A stretch of DNA of 55,407 nucleotides, counting the filler, from Dirinaria sp. TL-2023a (Eukaryota): assembly GCA_051941275.1 (NCBI GenBank). It is 3 parts of 3 records of this genome, joined end to end, with 100 filler letters (N's around TTAATTAATTAA, not from the genome) between each part and the next. Parts side by side here need not be neighbours in the genome. Positions count along the whole stretch, not along the records: positions 1 to 18,446 come from JAVEBF010000384.1; 2 more parts are not named here. The stretch is one strand, 5' to 3'. The notes beneath the pieces are model-generated. The model was not told where the DNA came from and did not search any database. It saw nothing but the letters and a program-made list of their open reading frames with translations. Within the stretch, counting starts at the first letter, position 1. Each line of letters begins with the position of its first letter. The translations under genes and the position numbers were made by a program. This document shows, piece after piece, positions 1 to 11,485 of the stretch.

Positions 1-1926
1 GAACTTAAACTCAGCTTATAGATATCTTTGATATAGATACAGGAGCAGGAGTACGAAAGAATATTTGAGTTCCGCAGGCGCTCGGTTCTCGTAGTAATGC
101 ATGAGGTCTCTGCCACGCCATCTGAGAATCTCGTTTGCGGCTTGTAAGGCATTTTCTATATTCGTGTTTTTCGTTGAGGGAGTCGATCGATAGGCTGGAG
201 GGGCATTGAATGGTTTGAGTATGTAGAATTTCACGATGAGTATGCTGGCTGGAGGATTGTCAAAGGATTGGCAACTTGCACGGAGGAAGCATCACGCTTT
301 TGAACTATTTCCTCTACATATGCAGCTCGATGGGTACACTGACCCACAGAGAAAATCGAAATGGGTGTTGCAGACAGAGAACCTTGTCTCGTCTGAACCG
401 AACGCTCTGGTCTTTTTTTTTTTTCTTTTTTTTTGAGACACTCAGACTTCGAATACGTCTCTCGTTCCGCTGGACAGGCCGGATATTTCGATACCAAAAG
501 CCATGGTGATACTTATGGACCTCCAATGCCGTTTATGACAAGGTTGGCCTTCTTTCCATGGTACTAAAGATTTCATTCGTGTTCGATGCTTGAACCTTAT
601 CTTTGATTCCGGCGGGACTTAGACTAAGGACAATGGGGCTGGTCTTCTTGCTGTCTTGACACTGATTCTGTCAACCCGGCTTTTCTTCTCTATTATCGTT
701 TTACTTCCTAAAGGTGTTTGAAAGGCGTGGAAACGCTTTGTCGAGCGCAACTTAGCGGACTTTGAAGCCGTGTATGATCATCTCCTGGTGGCATTAGGTG
801 TATTTGCTCCTGTGCCATAACATTGGTCATATGCACGTTGGTAGCGTATTTCTTCTGGAATATCTCAGCCAGCTGTGTAATTGAGATATTATACGGCCGG
901 TAGTGGCCAGGTTCGAGCCCATAGCTGAAGGCCTGGTGAAAAAGCGTCGCCAAAGGTAGAATCCTAGGAAGAGATCAAGAATGACCTCGAGAGCGCCATC
1001 ATACTACCTTACTGCAGATCGTTGCTCGGTGATTTCACGAGTACTAATCCATTTTAAACCCTTATGTGACACATTTCGACTGTTGTCAGGCCAGCGAATC
1101 TGGTATAGATCGGCCTAAATACTCTAGTCGTATTTTCAGGCTGCCAACATGCCCCGATCGAACAAACTAAGCCCCTTGCTCCCAGAACTTCTTCAATTTA
1201 CGTGCAACATATCGAGGCAAGAACTGGCACATCCAAGCCGCTGCTTTGAATACATCGAGTAGCGACTTCTGCTCGATATTGCAATCTCAATTTTGATCTT
1301 GTCGAGTGCACGCTACAGAGCGTGCAGCCGGAGCAGCGATTCATGATTTTCAGACACCGAGAAATTTTACAGCGTGGAGACGATCCGTTGGATCATATTT
1401 GTTGCAATTATAGTGTCTCCCCTCAAGTATCGAGGACATGCTAGACGACGACGGGTAGCCGTATCATATCTCCTTTGCAATGAGTTTGTTGCAATGAAAG
1501 TTATGGCCACGAAAAATCACCGCCTGAATTTACTCGTAGAGCCAATCCAGCAACTACAGTCAAAATCGCACGGCTGCTTAAAGTGGCCTGCCGTCAACAG
1601 TTCGCTTTGAGTAAAATATTACTGTGATGTTGTCGTACTCTCTTGTCTGACTGACGTGGATGCGTGTGACGTTATATTTGATTTTGTTTACTTGCGAGAT
1701 CGGGCTCAAAATGCTTTCAAGAGTAATAGCTGTCAAAGTATGCTTACTTATATTTTGTTGAACGTCTTACAAGAACTCCTGCAGGCGAAATGGGGCAGCA
1801 AGCTTATAGTCTGCAAAGGTCTCCATCCGGTTATGAAAATCCTTCATTGCAATTTGGAGTCCATTGGTGTATAAGCGGTCTCGTATCTAGCTTAAAACTT
1901 CAAACTAAGCTGCTTGCTGCCAGCGA

Positions 1927-2865
1927 TCAGCGAAAAAGCTGGACTTCCCCGATTGTCTACTCGCCCTCTCCAGCCTGCTTCCATATGATGTCGGCGTCGA
2001 GTTCTCTCCATCGAGTGGAGCTCATTTGTGCAAGGAACAGCTGCAACACATCCAGGGTAATCTCCCACGTCATATGATGTGTAGCTGTTAAATTGGGCCA
2101 CATAGATATAGTGATGCCACTACCGTACCATCTCAATTCTGTCCAAGTGACGACGTCTTCACCTTTGCCAATTGCAATGTTGAAGCGGGCGCTTTCAATG
2201 GCTACCTCGAGCAAGCCCTGGATGTATCGCCAATTTATAGACCGGCCCCAGTGAGTGTAGCGAAGGTGGATGTCGTTCTCATCGTCGTCTGGAGATGCTG
2301 TAACATTGCTCATTCTTCTCTGGGCTTCTTTATAAAGGCCCATCTCGGCAACAAGCACTTTGTTGTTCATGAGGATGGCTGCACTACGCTCGTAATAACC
2401 ATCTTTCAACATTTTAGCTGTCACTGCTTGGACCGCTGCTATAGCATCCAGCCATGTAAAAGTATATTGTGCGTTTCGTTGGTGCTCGATGTCAAATATC
2501 GCGCGGCCAGGCAGCTGAATTACAGTATCTTCCCACGCCACTTCCCGTGATGCAACTTTCTGTTGGAGATTGCTCCTGACTTCGTTCAGGAGATCGTCAA
2601 CATCGTTGCGGGGCACCATATCACCTTCATGAGTCCACTATAGTGTCATGCGGTTGTTGAGCACTTCTGACGTTGATACAAGCGTTGAGCTGACGTTGCT
2701 TTGGCATTTTGGCCATTTGCAAGGCACTTGACCCTTGTGCGCGGAAAGAGGTCCAACATCTAGAGTCTCATTATGCCTTATTTGTATCAGAGCGCCAACC
2801 AAAGCCGATGACAAAATCGCGGTTGCTGCTAACATAGACACGCAATGGAATATCATGAGGAGCAC
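1927..2865 (-). pseudogene. Putative secreted protein with two internal repeat domains, interrupted by two in-frame TAG stops (pseudogene or readthrough)
   Basis: ORF 2865-2638 has a hydrophobic signal-like N-terminus and is in frame with ORF 2619-1957, separated by one TAG (2640-2638). After the TAG at 1959-1957 the frame continues TIGEVQLFR to TGA (1929-1927). The two halves resemble each other (MTL*WTHEG..VDDLL..FTWLDAIAAVQ vs IHLRYTHWG..IQGLL..MTWEITLDVLQ). Confidence 0.5.
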
Positions 2866-3695
2866 CGTATTAAATATTCTCAGAGAAGACGTTTTCTACG
2901 ACTCTTGTCACCATGAGCGACTTTGCGCTTAGCTTTAAACGTAGCCCATAAGCCGCAATAGATTCGTGGGGTATCTAGTGTTAGGACAGCCGTCGTATAT
3001 TTTATGTTCGTCGCATATGCGCCTTCAGCCGATAGGAGCTCGAATACGCGTCACTGCACCTGATTGCGCGGCTTGACAACCTATTATGGATGGTCAGCGA
3101 AGCAAAAAAAGATTTTTGGTGGGTTTAAGATTCTCACGTTCGCCCGACTCTTCCGCAGCTCTAGGCGAGTATTGGATCTAAATGTATGACTGTATGAAGC
3201 TTCTATGATTTCTTCACGTGCTCTGATATCAAGTTCCCTGCCCTGTAGACGCTGATATTAATGATTTTTAGAGGATTCCTGACCGGAAAAGCCCCATGTT
3301 ATTGATATTCTTGTTAGCCCGCCGCCCAGGACAAGTCGCTGAGATCCCAATTTGCCTCGCTTTCCGCAAGTTGGGAAATGCAGTTTTACGCTTTGGCGAG
3401 CGCACGATGGCGGATGTTTGCACTATGAACGTTGGCTGCCGAGCATCAAGCGCCTGAAACCCTACAAATCTTGATATATGCTCTTGAATTAGCTCGATAA
3501 GACGAGGGACATGTTGTATCGTCTTACATATGACCTAGAAGCCTAGCTGCTGGGAGAAAATAAGAGCCGCTATAGTAAGGACGGTTCCTGATCAAAATTG
3601 CTGGTAGCCGATCAGAGTACTGGAGTAATCATGGTTTGGACCTCGATATTGCTCTGGATAACGACTATCTGACCATCAGCGGCAGCATAGTTTTC

Positions 3696-5416
3696 TCACT
3701 TCTTTCCAATAACTGATGGGAGCCGGGTGAGCTCTAATCTATCTGCTAGAACGGCAGCTTGCTGGACCCCTGTAATTTGACCGACGAGTCTGAGGGTACT
3801 GATGACCCACCGAAGAACTGGTTCTGTAACGATGTCTGTGATCCCTACCAGGTAAAGAGCCCAAGGCAGTTGAATCCCGCCAGCTATCCTTAGATATGGA
3901 ACTGTTGTACTTGAATTTGACCGTGGCATCTGAACTATGGGACCTGAGCTTGCTGGTTGCCTGGGATATGGAGGCTCCGGTAATCGGAAAGGGCTGTGGG
4001 GAAAGACTGCAGGATTGCTTTTCCCCTTTCGTGGATAGCCTAGATGTTGAGGCACGCTGGCGATAATGTCATTATTTAACTGATATAAATTGTCGGTTGA
4101 GGTTTGAAGTTGCTTAGTATAGCTTGGGTCGACGAAAAGTGGTGGTTTTGTCAAGAAGCCTTTCAGCAATACTCCACGGATAATTTCATGGAGCAGGACT
4201 TTGATGCAGCGCATTCCGTTCCACAGCATTGCAGCTGCAGCGTGGTGATAGACGTGATAGAAACCAAGGTATACAAGGTCGGGGTCGTCGTCTGAATGCA
4301 CAATCGAAAACGTCCACTCATGGGGTAGATCCGAAAAGGTTTCTATAAGCATATTTTCGAGATCTAGGGACCTGTTGAGTATTTCTTTGACATCCTCGAT
4401 CTCGCCGTGCCGGACTTGGGCAAAAAAATTCGTGAAAAGAATCAAGACGTGATGATAACGCCAGATTATGTCAGTCGGATCAATATACCTATCCAATTCC
4501 ATCCTCAGATCCAGTATATGCTCCGGGAGTGCTACCTCTTGCTGAAGACAGCTAGTTGCGAGGCTCGCTGTGATTTGTCCGAACAGGCGCCTCCCAGCCG
4601 GCCTCGAGAACTGCTCCGGTCCGCGCACTTTTATCAGAGCAGCAGCTCCCTTCAAGTGAGCAGCCCAGGCGACCAAAGCATCCTGTGATGTGCTAGCGAG
4701 AGTTTCGAAAATTCCCAGTATCATAATGGCAAGCAGGGTACTGTCTTTCTTAACTTCCTCTGGAGACTGCAAGGCAGCATTAATGAGACGAACGGCCACG
4801 ACATACTTTTTTTTGGCTTCTATCATCAGATTTGGTGATTTAGTAAGGTTAGAAAATCCCGCCAACCCGACTGCTTTAATGCTGGTAAGGAGGTTGTCGC
4901 CTAGGGTTTGGTCTGGGTGTGATTGTAGATGATTAGCCAAGCCATGTGATACAACATGATTGGAGAAGAAGAAACCAACAGCTCGCTCGTCTATTGTAGG
5001 GGCAAGGCTTGGAAGAAGCGACAAGGAGATTGATGGCAAGTTCGTGGCATTATTGGCGGGCGCTCGTGGATGAGCACGACTGGTCGTGGTTGACTTGGAT
5101 GTGATAGCTTTGGAGGAAGAAGCTCTTTTCTTCGATGTGGACTGTGCTTCAGCTTTTCTCGCAGTTTTCTCGTTTTCATCCATAAACAATAAGTCAAGCT
5201 GGTCCCGATAGCCTGGACACGTGCGCTTGAGTCGGAGACAATTCTTGCATGCAGGCTGCGTCTGGTCGCACTGTGCATCATTAGTCAGCCATTTCATTCC
5301 AGGCAAGCTGTGCGGGATCAGGGATGCTAGCGATAATAGTGACAGTGACTACCTACCCAGACCTTTCGCTGCCGACACGTAAGACATCCTTTCGAAGGAG
5401 GGCCTCGGTATACCAT
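3696..5416 (-). CDS. Zn(II)2Cys6 fungal transcription factor (2 exons)
   Basis: Exon 1 (5416-5357) encodes MVYRGPPSKGCLTCRQRKVW. A GTAGGT...CAG intron (5356-5271) is followed by CDQTQPACKNCLRLKRTC, completing the six-Cys binuclear cluster. A long fungal TF-type C-terminal region follows. Confidence 0.93.
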
Positions 5417-6332
5417 TCTCCGGCACAGGGTTGGTCAGTATCAGCAATGATTTTACGTTAGAATTGATCAAAGGATGTATAGTCAGTACATAGTATACGA
5501 AGCAGCACTACGAATTGTCTACTAGCCGCGACGATGCATGAATGCTCTGTTCATTCTCGAGAGCTTCAATCTGGACGATAGGTAGTGGTTTTCTAGCCGG
5601 GAATTCAGCTGCGCTTCTCGAAATTTCTCTTGCTTGGCGGTTGCTTGGGTGACTGCATTAAGTTAAGTACATGTACTCCGTACTTACTGTACATACAGAG
5701 ATACCTTATGTACCTTACCTTAGTCCCGTTGCCTGACTCTGCCTCACTGCCAAGTTGCGCTAGATAATTCTGCCAAGAAATATCTTGGCATGTCTGGAAG
5801 CGGACGAGAGCAGTGAAGGAGGAAGAGGAACGGCGGTTATCTTAGTACATTACATGTATGACATCAAAACATCTCATCAGATCAGACTTCGGCGTCTGGA
5901 ACTGAATGCTGAGAAGGGGGCTTTATTAAGCACGGACCATCAAGGGGCACTATTCAGGATCTGGAACTGGAAAAGACCGGTTCGATCTTCTAATGATACG
6001 TTAATAAATCGTGATGCTTGGCCTTGAAGGGCGTTTCAACACCGGTGGTATTTCAGTTGATTGCATCCTATCTCGAAGCCCGGTCACAAACTGAGCAGGA
6101 GGCCTCCATCGAGTTGCTCTAGCCAGATATGGACATGTCAAGATTCTGGGTTGGACTGCATGGGAATGACGAGATGATGCATTTACCGTATGCGAGATGA
6201 TTCCATCCGTTTACACAACATTACACTTGATGCGTATTCACAAGGCTCGATTTTCTGGGAGATATGCGAGCGTGAGAATGGCTGTCCTAAAACATCAGCT
6301 TCACATGTAAGTCTCATGTCGTTGCTTATATC

Positions 6333-7850
6333 ATGGCATTGCTCGAAGGCATACCACCGACTCAGCTCGTGGTATGCACGATATTCCTATTCATCTCATA
6401 TCTTGCCCTTCAACCTTGGTTGTTCTCGCCCTTGAGACATATACCGGGACCTTGGTATGCGATCTGCACAAAATGGTGGCTGGTCTACAAGACTGTGAAA
6501 GGGGTTCGCGCCAAAACCATCCACGAGCTGCATTTAAAATACGGAGCATGGGTACGAATCGCACCTAACGAAGTCTCGACATGCGACCCAGAAGCCATCG
6601 TGCCCATCTACGGCGCCAACTCAGCCTACGTCAAGACGGAGTTCTACACCTATCAACTTCGCGGTCAGCCCGAGCTCTTTACAATTTCAGACCCCAAACA
6701 GCACGCCAAACGCCGCCGTGAGCTCGCGCACCTCTTCTCCATGTCCACCATCACCGAATATGAGCTCGCGATTGCGAAGCAAATCCGCACATGCATGGAC
6801 TACATCGCCGCCGAAGGCAAAGCCGGGCGGCCCAGCAACCTCTACGACTGGTGGCACTATCTGTCTATGGATATTACTTGCGAACTTTCTTTCGGCCTCA
6901 CATTTGATATGCTCCGCGACGGCCCCCACAACGAGTACATCCAAGATCTGTACGGCTCGCTGCGCATCGAGCCTATCCGCTGGCATTTCGGCCGGCTAAA
7001 CCGTTACGCGGCCTGGGCACCACTCAAGTTTGTCCGCGACGCCGAAGCATGCAGCGTTCGCGCTATGGATCGTGGAGCGAAAATCGTGAGCGAGTACATG
7101 GACTCTTTGAAAGAAGACGGCGATAAGAAGCGGCGGAGAAAAGACCTTCTTCAGAAAATGCTCGATAAGGGCGACGAAGACGGCAAGGATTTCTCCGTTG
7201 AAGCGCTCAACGCTGAAGCCGCGGGCTTTATTCTGGCAGGCTCGCACACGACATCCTCATCCCTGACCTGGATCGTTTGGCGCATTCTCAAAGACAAGCG
7301 CATCTACACGAAATTGATGGCCGAGCTCTCACAATCCCTGACCTCCCTCCCACGCGACGCAGTCCCGCCCCATCAAGCACTAGAACCCCTGCCCTACTTC
7401 AACGCGATCATAAAAGAAGGTCTCAGGATCGACACCGCCGTCCCGGGCTCTACGCCCCGCTACGTGCCCCCCGGCGGCTCCACCATCGGCAGCAACCAAA
7501 TCCATTTGCCGGCGCACACCATCGTCTCCGCCCAAGCATATTCCACGCACCGCGACCCGTCCGTGTTCCCGGACCCAGACTCCTTCCTTCCGGAGCGCTG
7601 GCTCGATGAGACCCCTGAGATGCGAAAACTGTATATCCCGTTTGGAGCGGACGGGCCGAGGAAATGCATTGGCATTCATCTGGCGTGGATGGAGTTGAGG
7701 GTTGGGCTTGCGGCGTTATTTTGGCGCTTTCCGGGGTTGTCTTTGGCGGAGAGGGAGGGGGACGGGGAGGAGGTGATGGAGTTGGATGAGTACTGGCTGG
7801 CGAATCCAAAGGGGCAAATGTTGGATGTGTGGGCGAAGGAGATGCGGTAG
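6333..7850 (+). CDS. Cytochrome P450 monooxygenase (intronless; resembles benzoate 4-monooxygenase-like P450s)
   Basis: N-terminal TM anchor, PLRHIPGP, VRIAPNEVS, I-helix AGSHTT, K-helix EGLR, PERW and heme motif FGADGPRKCIG. Confidence 0.95.
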   Translation: MALLEGIPPTQLVVCTIFLFISYLALQPWLFSPLRHIPGPWYAICTKWWLVYKTVKGVRAKTIHELHLKYGAWVRIAPNEVSTCDPEAIVPIYGANSAYVKTEFYTYQLRGQPELFTISDPKQHAKRRRELAHLFSMSTITEYELAIAKQIRTCMDYIAAEGKAGRPSNLYDWWHYLSMDITCELSFGLTFDMLRDGPHNEYIQDLYGSLRIEPIRWHFGRLNRYAAWAPLKFVRDAEACSVRAMDRGAKIVSEYMDSLKEDGDKKRRRKDLLQKMLDKGDEDGKDFSVEALNAEAAGFILAGSHTTSSSLTWIVWRILKDKRIYTKLMAELSQSLTSLPRDAVPPHQALEPLPYFNAIIKEGLRIDTAVPGSTPRYVPPGGSTIGSNQIHLPAHTIVSAQAYSTHRDPSVFPDPDSFLPERWLDETPEMRKLYIPFGADGPRKCIGIHLAWMELRVGLAALFWRFPGLSLAEREGDGEEVMELDEYWLANPKGQMLDVWAKEMR

Positions 7851-8540
7851 GATTGATCTTCTCTCTTTTTTGATGGGCGCCAAAGTATAGGCTTTGATAA
7901 TGTCCTTACTATCTTGGTTGATTGCGAATCAGATCCCCTTCCACTCCCTTCCCACCTTCAGATACCTCCGAACCAATAATCGAAAAACGAAAATTCCGAG
8001 AAAGGCGATATCAGTAATTCCCCGCCTTGCTTCATTCTATCCTATTCTTTTCTTTCACCCTGCTATAATTTCACCTCTCACAATTCCACTTATCCAAAAA
8101 AAAAAAAAAACGATAGGATCAGCAAACGATCCAATAAACAATAAACCAATAAAGCAACATCACACTCAATATCAGCCAGTCATCTATCCATCCAACCTTT
8201 CCCCCTTCCTCCCACTCCCCTAAGATGGTTATCTCAAAACCCGCATATTACTAAAGAGATATATTCCAAGGAAGGCCAGAACAATCAACACGAACAATGA
8301 AACACATGTGCTGAGTAAAACAACCATCTAGAATATTTTTTTCAAAGGGTCTAAGTAACGGCGCCAAAAAAAAAAAAAAAGAAAAATTCCCAATACCAGT
8401 GGGTTGGTTATGCTGAGCTTATGGAATTAAAGACGATTAGAGAGGGGAATTGTTTCTAATTTTTGCCTAGGGACGGGAGGCTAAGGGAAGAGTCTAGGTA
8501 GCTATCATGCTACCTTATTGTCAAGCATCCCTATCCCCCT

Positions 8541-9124
8541 TTAAAAAGCCAGATCATAAGCCAAAGCCTCATCGCTTATCTCCTCCCTCAATTCCTGGGT
8601 CCTATCCCACAGCAACAATAACAATAACAACGTTAGCAAATCTGTCCCTCATTTTCATGGCTTAAGAGTCTTTTTGAAATGGTGGGTTGGTGATTGCCTT
8701 ACTCCAGATGCGCGGGATGGCTCGCATACACGGCCAGATCCTCTTCGCGCTCCAACACCGCCACAATACCCATGTCGTACCCTTGCGCTCTATGCTTCGT
8801 TATTGCCAGCGGTGGGCCCACATGGAATTGGATTAAGCCTGTGTGCCACGGTTTCGTTAAATAGTGTTGTTAAGTATGACGGTGACAGGGCCAGAGATCA
8901 GGGCTTGGCTCGAACCGATTGGGGGAAAAGAGGTCGTACCAGGGATTTTGCCCAGCATTGCTTTGGCAGTATCCATGAATTGAGTGATTTGGGCTGATGT
9001 GGCGCTTTCTTTGAGTTTGAAGAGGACTGAGACATCGGGTTTCGGGGGTTAGCGCGGACGGGGAAGGAAGGATGGATAAAGAATGGACGGGAGATAGTAG
9101 TGTACCAACGTGATAGACTGGCAT
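8541..9124 (-). CDS. Stress-responsive A/B barrel (Dabb) domain protein (4 exons)
   Basis: Spliced reading: MPVYHV/VLFKLKESATSAQITQFMDTAKAMLGKIP/GLIQFHVGPPLAITKHRAQGYDMGIVAVLEREEDLAVYASHPAHLE/TQELREEISDEALAYDLAF*. Introns are canonical GT..AG. HVVLFK and YxxHPAH are Dabb hallmarks. Confidence 0.88.
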
Positions 9125-10312
9125 TTTGATGGGGGTGCGGGTTTGGGATTTGGGACTCGTTTCTATGGTAGTGAGGGCTTGAAGGGTTGAGATGCACGGG
9201 GCGATTTGGAGGCTTCTATCGTATACCGGGAAGATATAAAGCAAGGCAAGGCAAGAAAAGGAAAGGAAAAGAAAGCAAAGGAAAGGTACCTACTTAAGAG
9301 ATACCCAAGGTGGAAGCAATCTTACCTTACCTTATGCTTGTTGACGTCATTGGGTAGAGCTCTATTTACTCACGGTCCTGGTCCTCATAAGTCTTTCCAT
9401 TTGTGAACGATTGCCACGGCAGCGGGTGAAATAATTGATTAGAAGCTGGAATTAATACAATGAAACGTCTCCCGCCCCATGCTGCAGGATGCCACGCGAG
9501 TTTTTGTTTTGTGAGGTGGATTTACCCTCTGACGGACCACCCATTCTACATCATAGAATGTAACAGGCTGTTTAAAACCTTCGTATCATCAATGTTTTTG
9601 GTACGGTGTGCTATGATAACTCTTCTTAAAATCCATGTCCACCACCATCTAGGACCTCGGTCTTCGGTTCCCACCTTCATTATCGGCCAACCAGCGCATT
9701 GACGTGTCCACTTGAAACTCGTTTGGTATTCCAAGGGAGTTAGAAGAGTTTATTTGGTTGGCCAATGAGTTGAAATATTTTACTATTCGGCGTATTCAAG
9801 TAAGCGTAATGATCGATGCTCTGGGACGCAATCAGATCTGAAGCAACGGAAGCCAAAGATTGCTGTACAGGTGTTCGCAAGTCGATTGATGACAGAACGC
9901 TTGAGCGTCTCCTTATACCATGGTACGTCTCCTCCGCGAGATTTTACCAGGCTTTGGCGTAAGGCGCTTGAGAAAGACGACGTTCTTCTTTCTCCTTCTC
10001 GTCTTTACGCGAAAGGTCCTCGATTTTTTCAACGCGTCTAGCATTAGACACGTTGCCAGATGCGTTCTTGAGAACGTCGATCCGAACTGCAAGTTCTGCT
10101 CCCTGCCTCTTCATCAAGGTTCTCATTTAGGTTCAAAGTGCTGATTGTAATTGCCACGAACATGGTGTAACTCTCAAACACGTCCTTTCCTGAGGACTTG
10201 ATGCCTCGACGTTGGGTAGGTACCATCGTTCCGTGTTGTATTCGAGCCAGCCGACGCTCAGCGTCATTTGACGAAGTCAAGGTTTGCAAATGCGTAGATT
10301 TTTAAGCCGGGG

Positions 10313-11485
10313 TCAACGATCTTCACGTTTCAAGTCGTTGGTAATTTCTTTCTGACTTCCATGTTCCTTCGCTTGCTCGAGCTTGACGCCTCCAGCCTCG
10401 TGTGCTTGCTCGGCGGGTATATGTCCTTTTCTCGATATTCCTTGTCTATCAGCATCCAACTCTTCAGCCGTCTGAGGATCCGTAATATCAGGGACTACTT
10501 CTGGTTGTTTCATTGGGTGGCCTGCTTTCCAGGATCCAGCGAAAATGTGTTGCACGAGCGCGTGCTCATCCGTCGTCGGTCCAGCATTCGAATGTGCCAA
10601 GCCGGCCCCAAAAGCTGTGACAGGAAGTATCAGTACATCCCCAAACAACCTCGGCTCCGTCATTCCCGTCAAGTTGCTCGAGGTCACGTTGGTGCCTGTA
10701 ATAAGGGAGAGGCCGTGATAGATCGAGTCAGCAAATACCCCCGGCCCAGTTGTGTCCATGACGTCCATGTACGACGCTTCAATATGGCCAATGGTGGTGT
10801 TCTGAGCTTTAGCAAGACCACGTAGTTGATGCAGGACTCTGTCGATGATCATGCCCATGATCATATGGCGTGGTTTGGCCAGAAAAGTCCATGAAGCGAA
10901 CTGCACGGGATACGTGAATCCAGGGATCAGGCCCCCACCTAGACTGTCGCCTTCGACGCCGAAGACCAGATTGACTTTGCTCTTGATTTCTTCTGGGACC
11001 CACTGGGAGATTGTCTTGAGACAAATGGTATCAACATCAGTGTATGTACCGCCTTCAGCGAAGAGTAAGAGGTATCGCAGCAAGTCCGCACGCAGCAGAC
11101 CATCTTGCAGACTGAGGAAGTCGTGCAAAAGCTCTGGCTTATGCGAGAAGTGCTCTTGGACATAACTCGCGGTGCCTCCGTCGGTGATAAGCTCATAGCG
11201 GTGTTCTTGGTTCATGTCTAACCACGATCTGACTGCGCCCTGAGCGTTTTGCTCCAGAGCTAGAGGACCGGTCTTGGCCGTTTGCCATATCCTTCGAGGG
11301 AACTCAGAAGAGATATTCTGCTGTGCGTTCGGATTGCTAAGATCTTCTGGAGCCGCCGTACCGGGCCATTTCTGACAGCTTTGACGATGAATGAGACTGG
11401 GAGCGCAATAGAACGTTAGTGCCGCAGAATACAGTACCACGACAATGATGAGAGAGCGACGATGCGTCGCGAGCGAGCCTGCCAT
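10313..11485 (-). CDS. Glycosyltransferase family 32, Och1/Hoc1-like alpha-1,6-mannosyltransferase
   Basis: Type II N-terminal TM, FPRRIWQT, RADLLRYLLLFAEGGTYTDVD (DXD motif), TGPGVF, VLILPVTAF and VQHIFAGSWK. Confidence 0.92.
   Translation of the reverse strand: MAGSLATHRRSLIIVVVLYSAALTFYCAPSLIHRQSCQKWPGTAAPEDLSNPNAQQNISSEFPRRIWQTAKTGPLALEQNAQGAVRSWLDMNQEHRYELITDGGTASYVQEHFSHKPELLHDFLSLQDGLLRADLLRYLLLFAEGGTYTDVDTICLKTISQWVPEEIKSKVNLVFGVEGDSLGGGLIPGFTYPVQFASWTFLAKPRHMIMGMIIDRVLHQLRGLAKAQNTTIGHIEASYMDVMDTTGPGVFADSIYHGLSLITGTNVTSSNLTGMTEPRLFGDVLILPVTAFGAGLAHSNAGPTTDEHALVQHIFAGSWKAGHPMKQPEVVPDITDPQTAEELDADRQGISRKGHIPAEQAHEAGGVKLEQAKEHGSQKEITNDLKREDR

Noticed and set aside
16..1400. Short minus-strand ORF fragments that might belong to a degraded gene
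   Set aside because: I could not build a consistent spliced model or identify a family motif.
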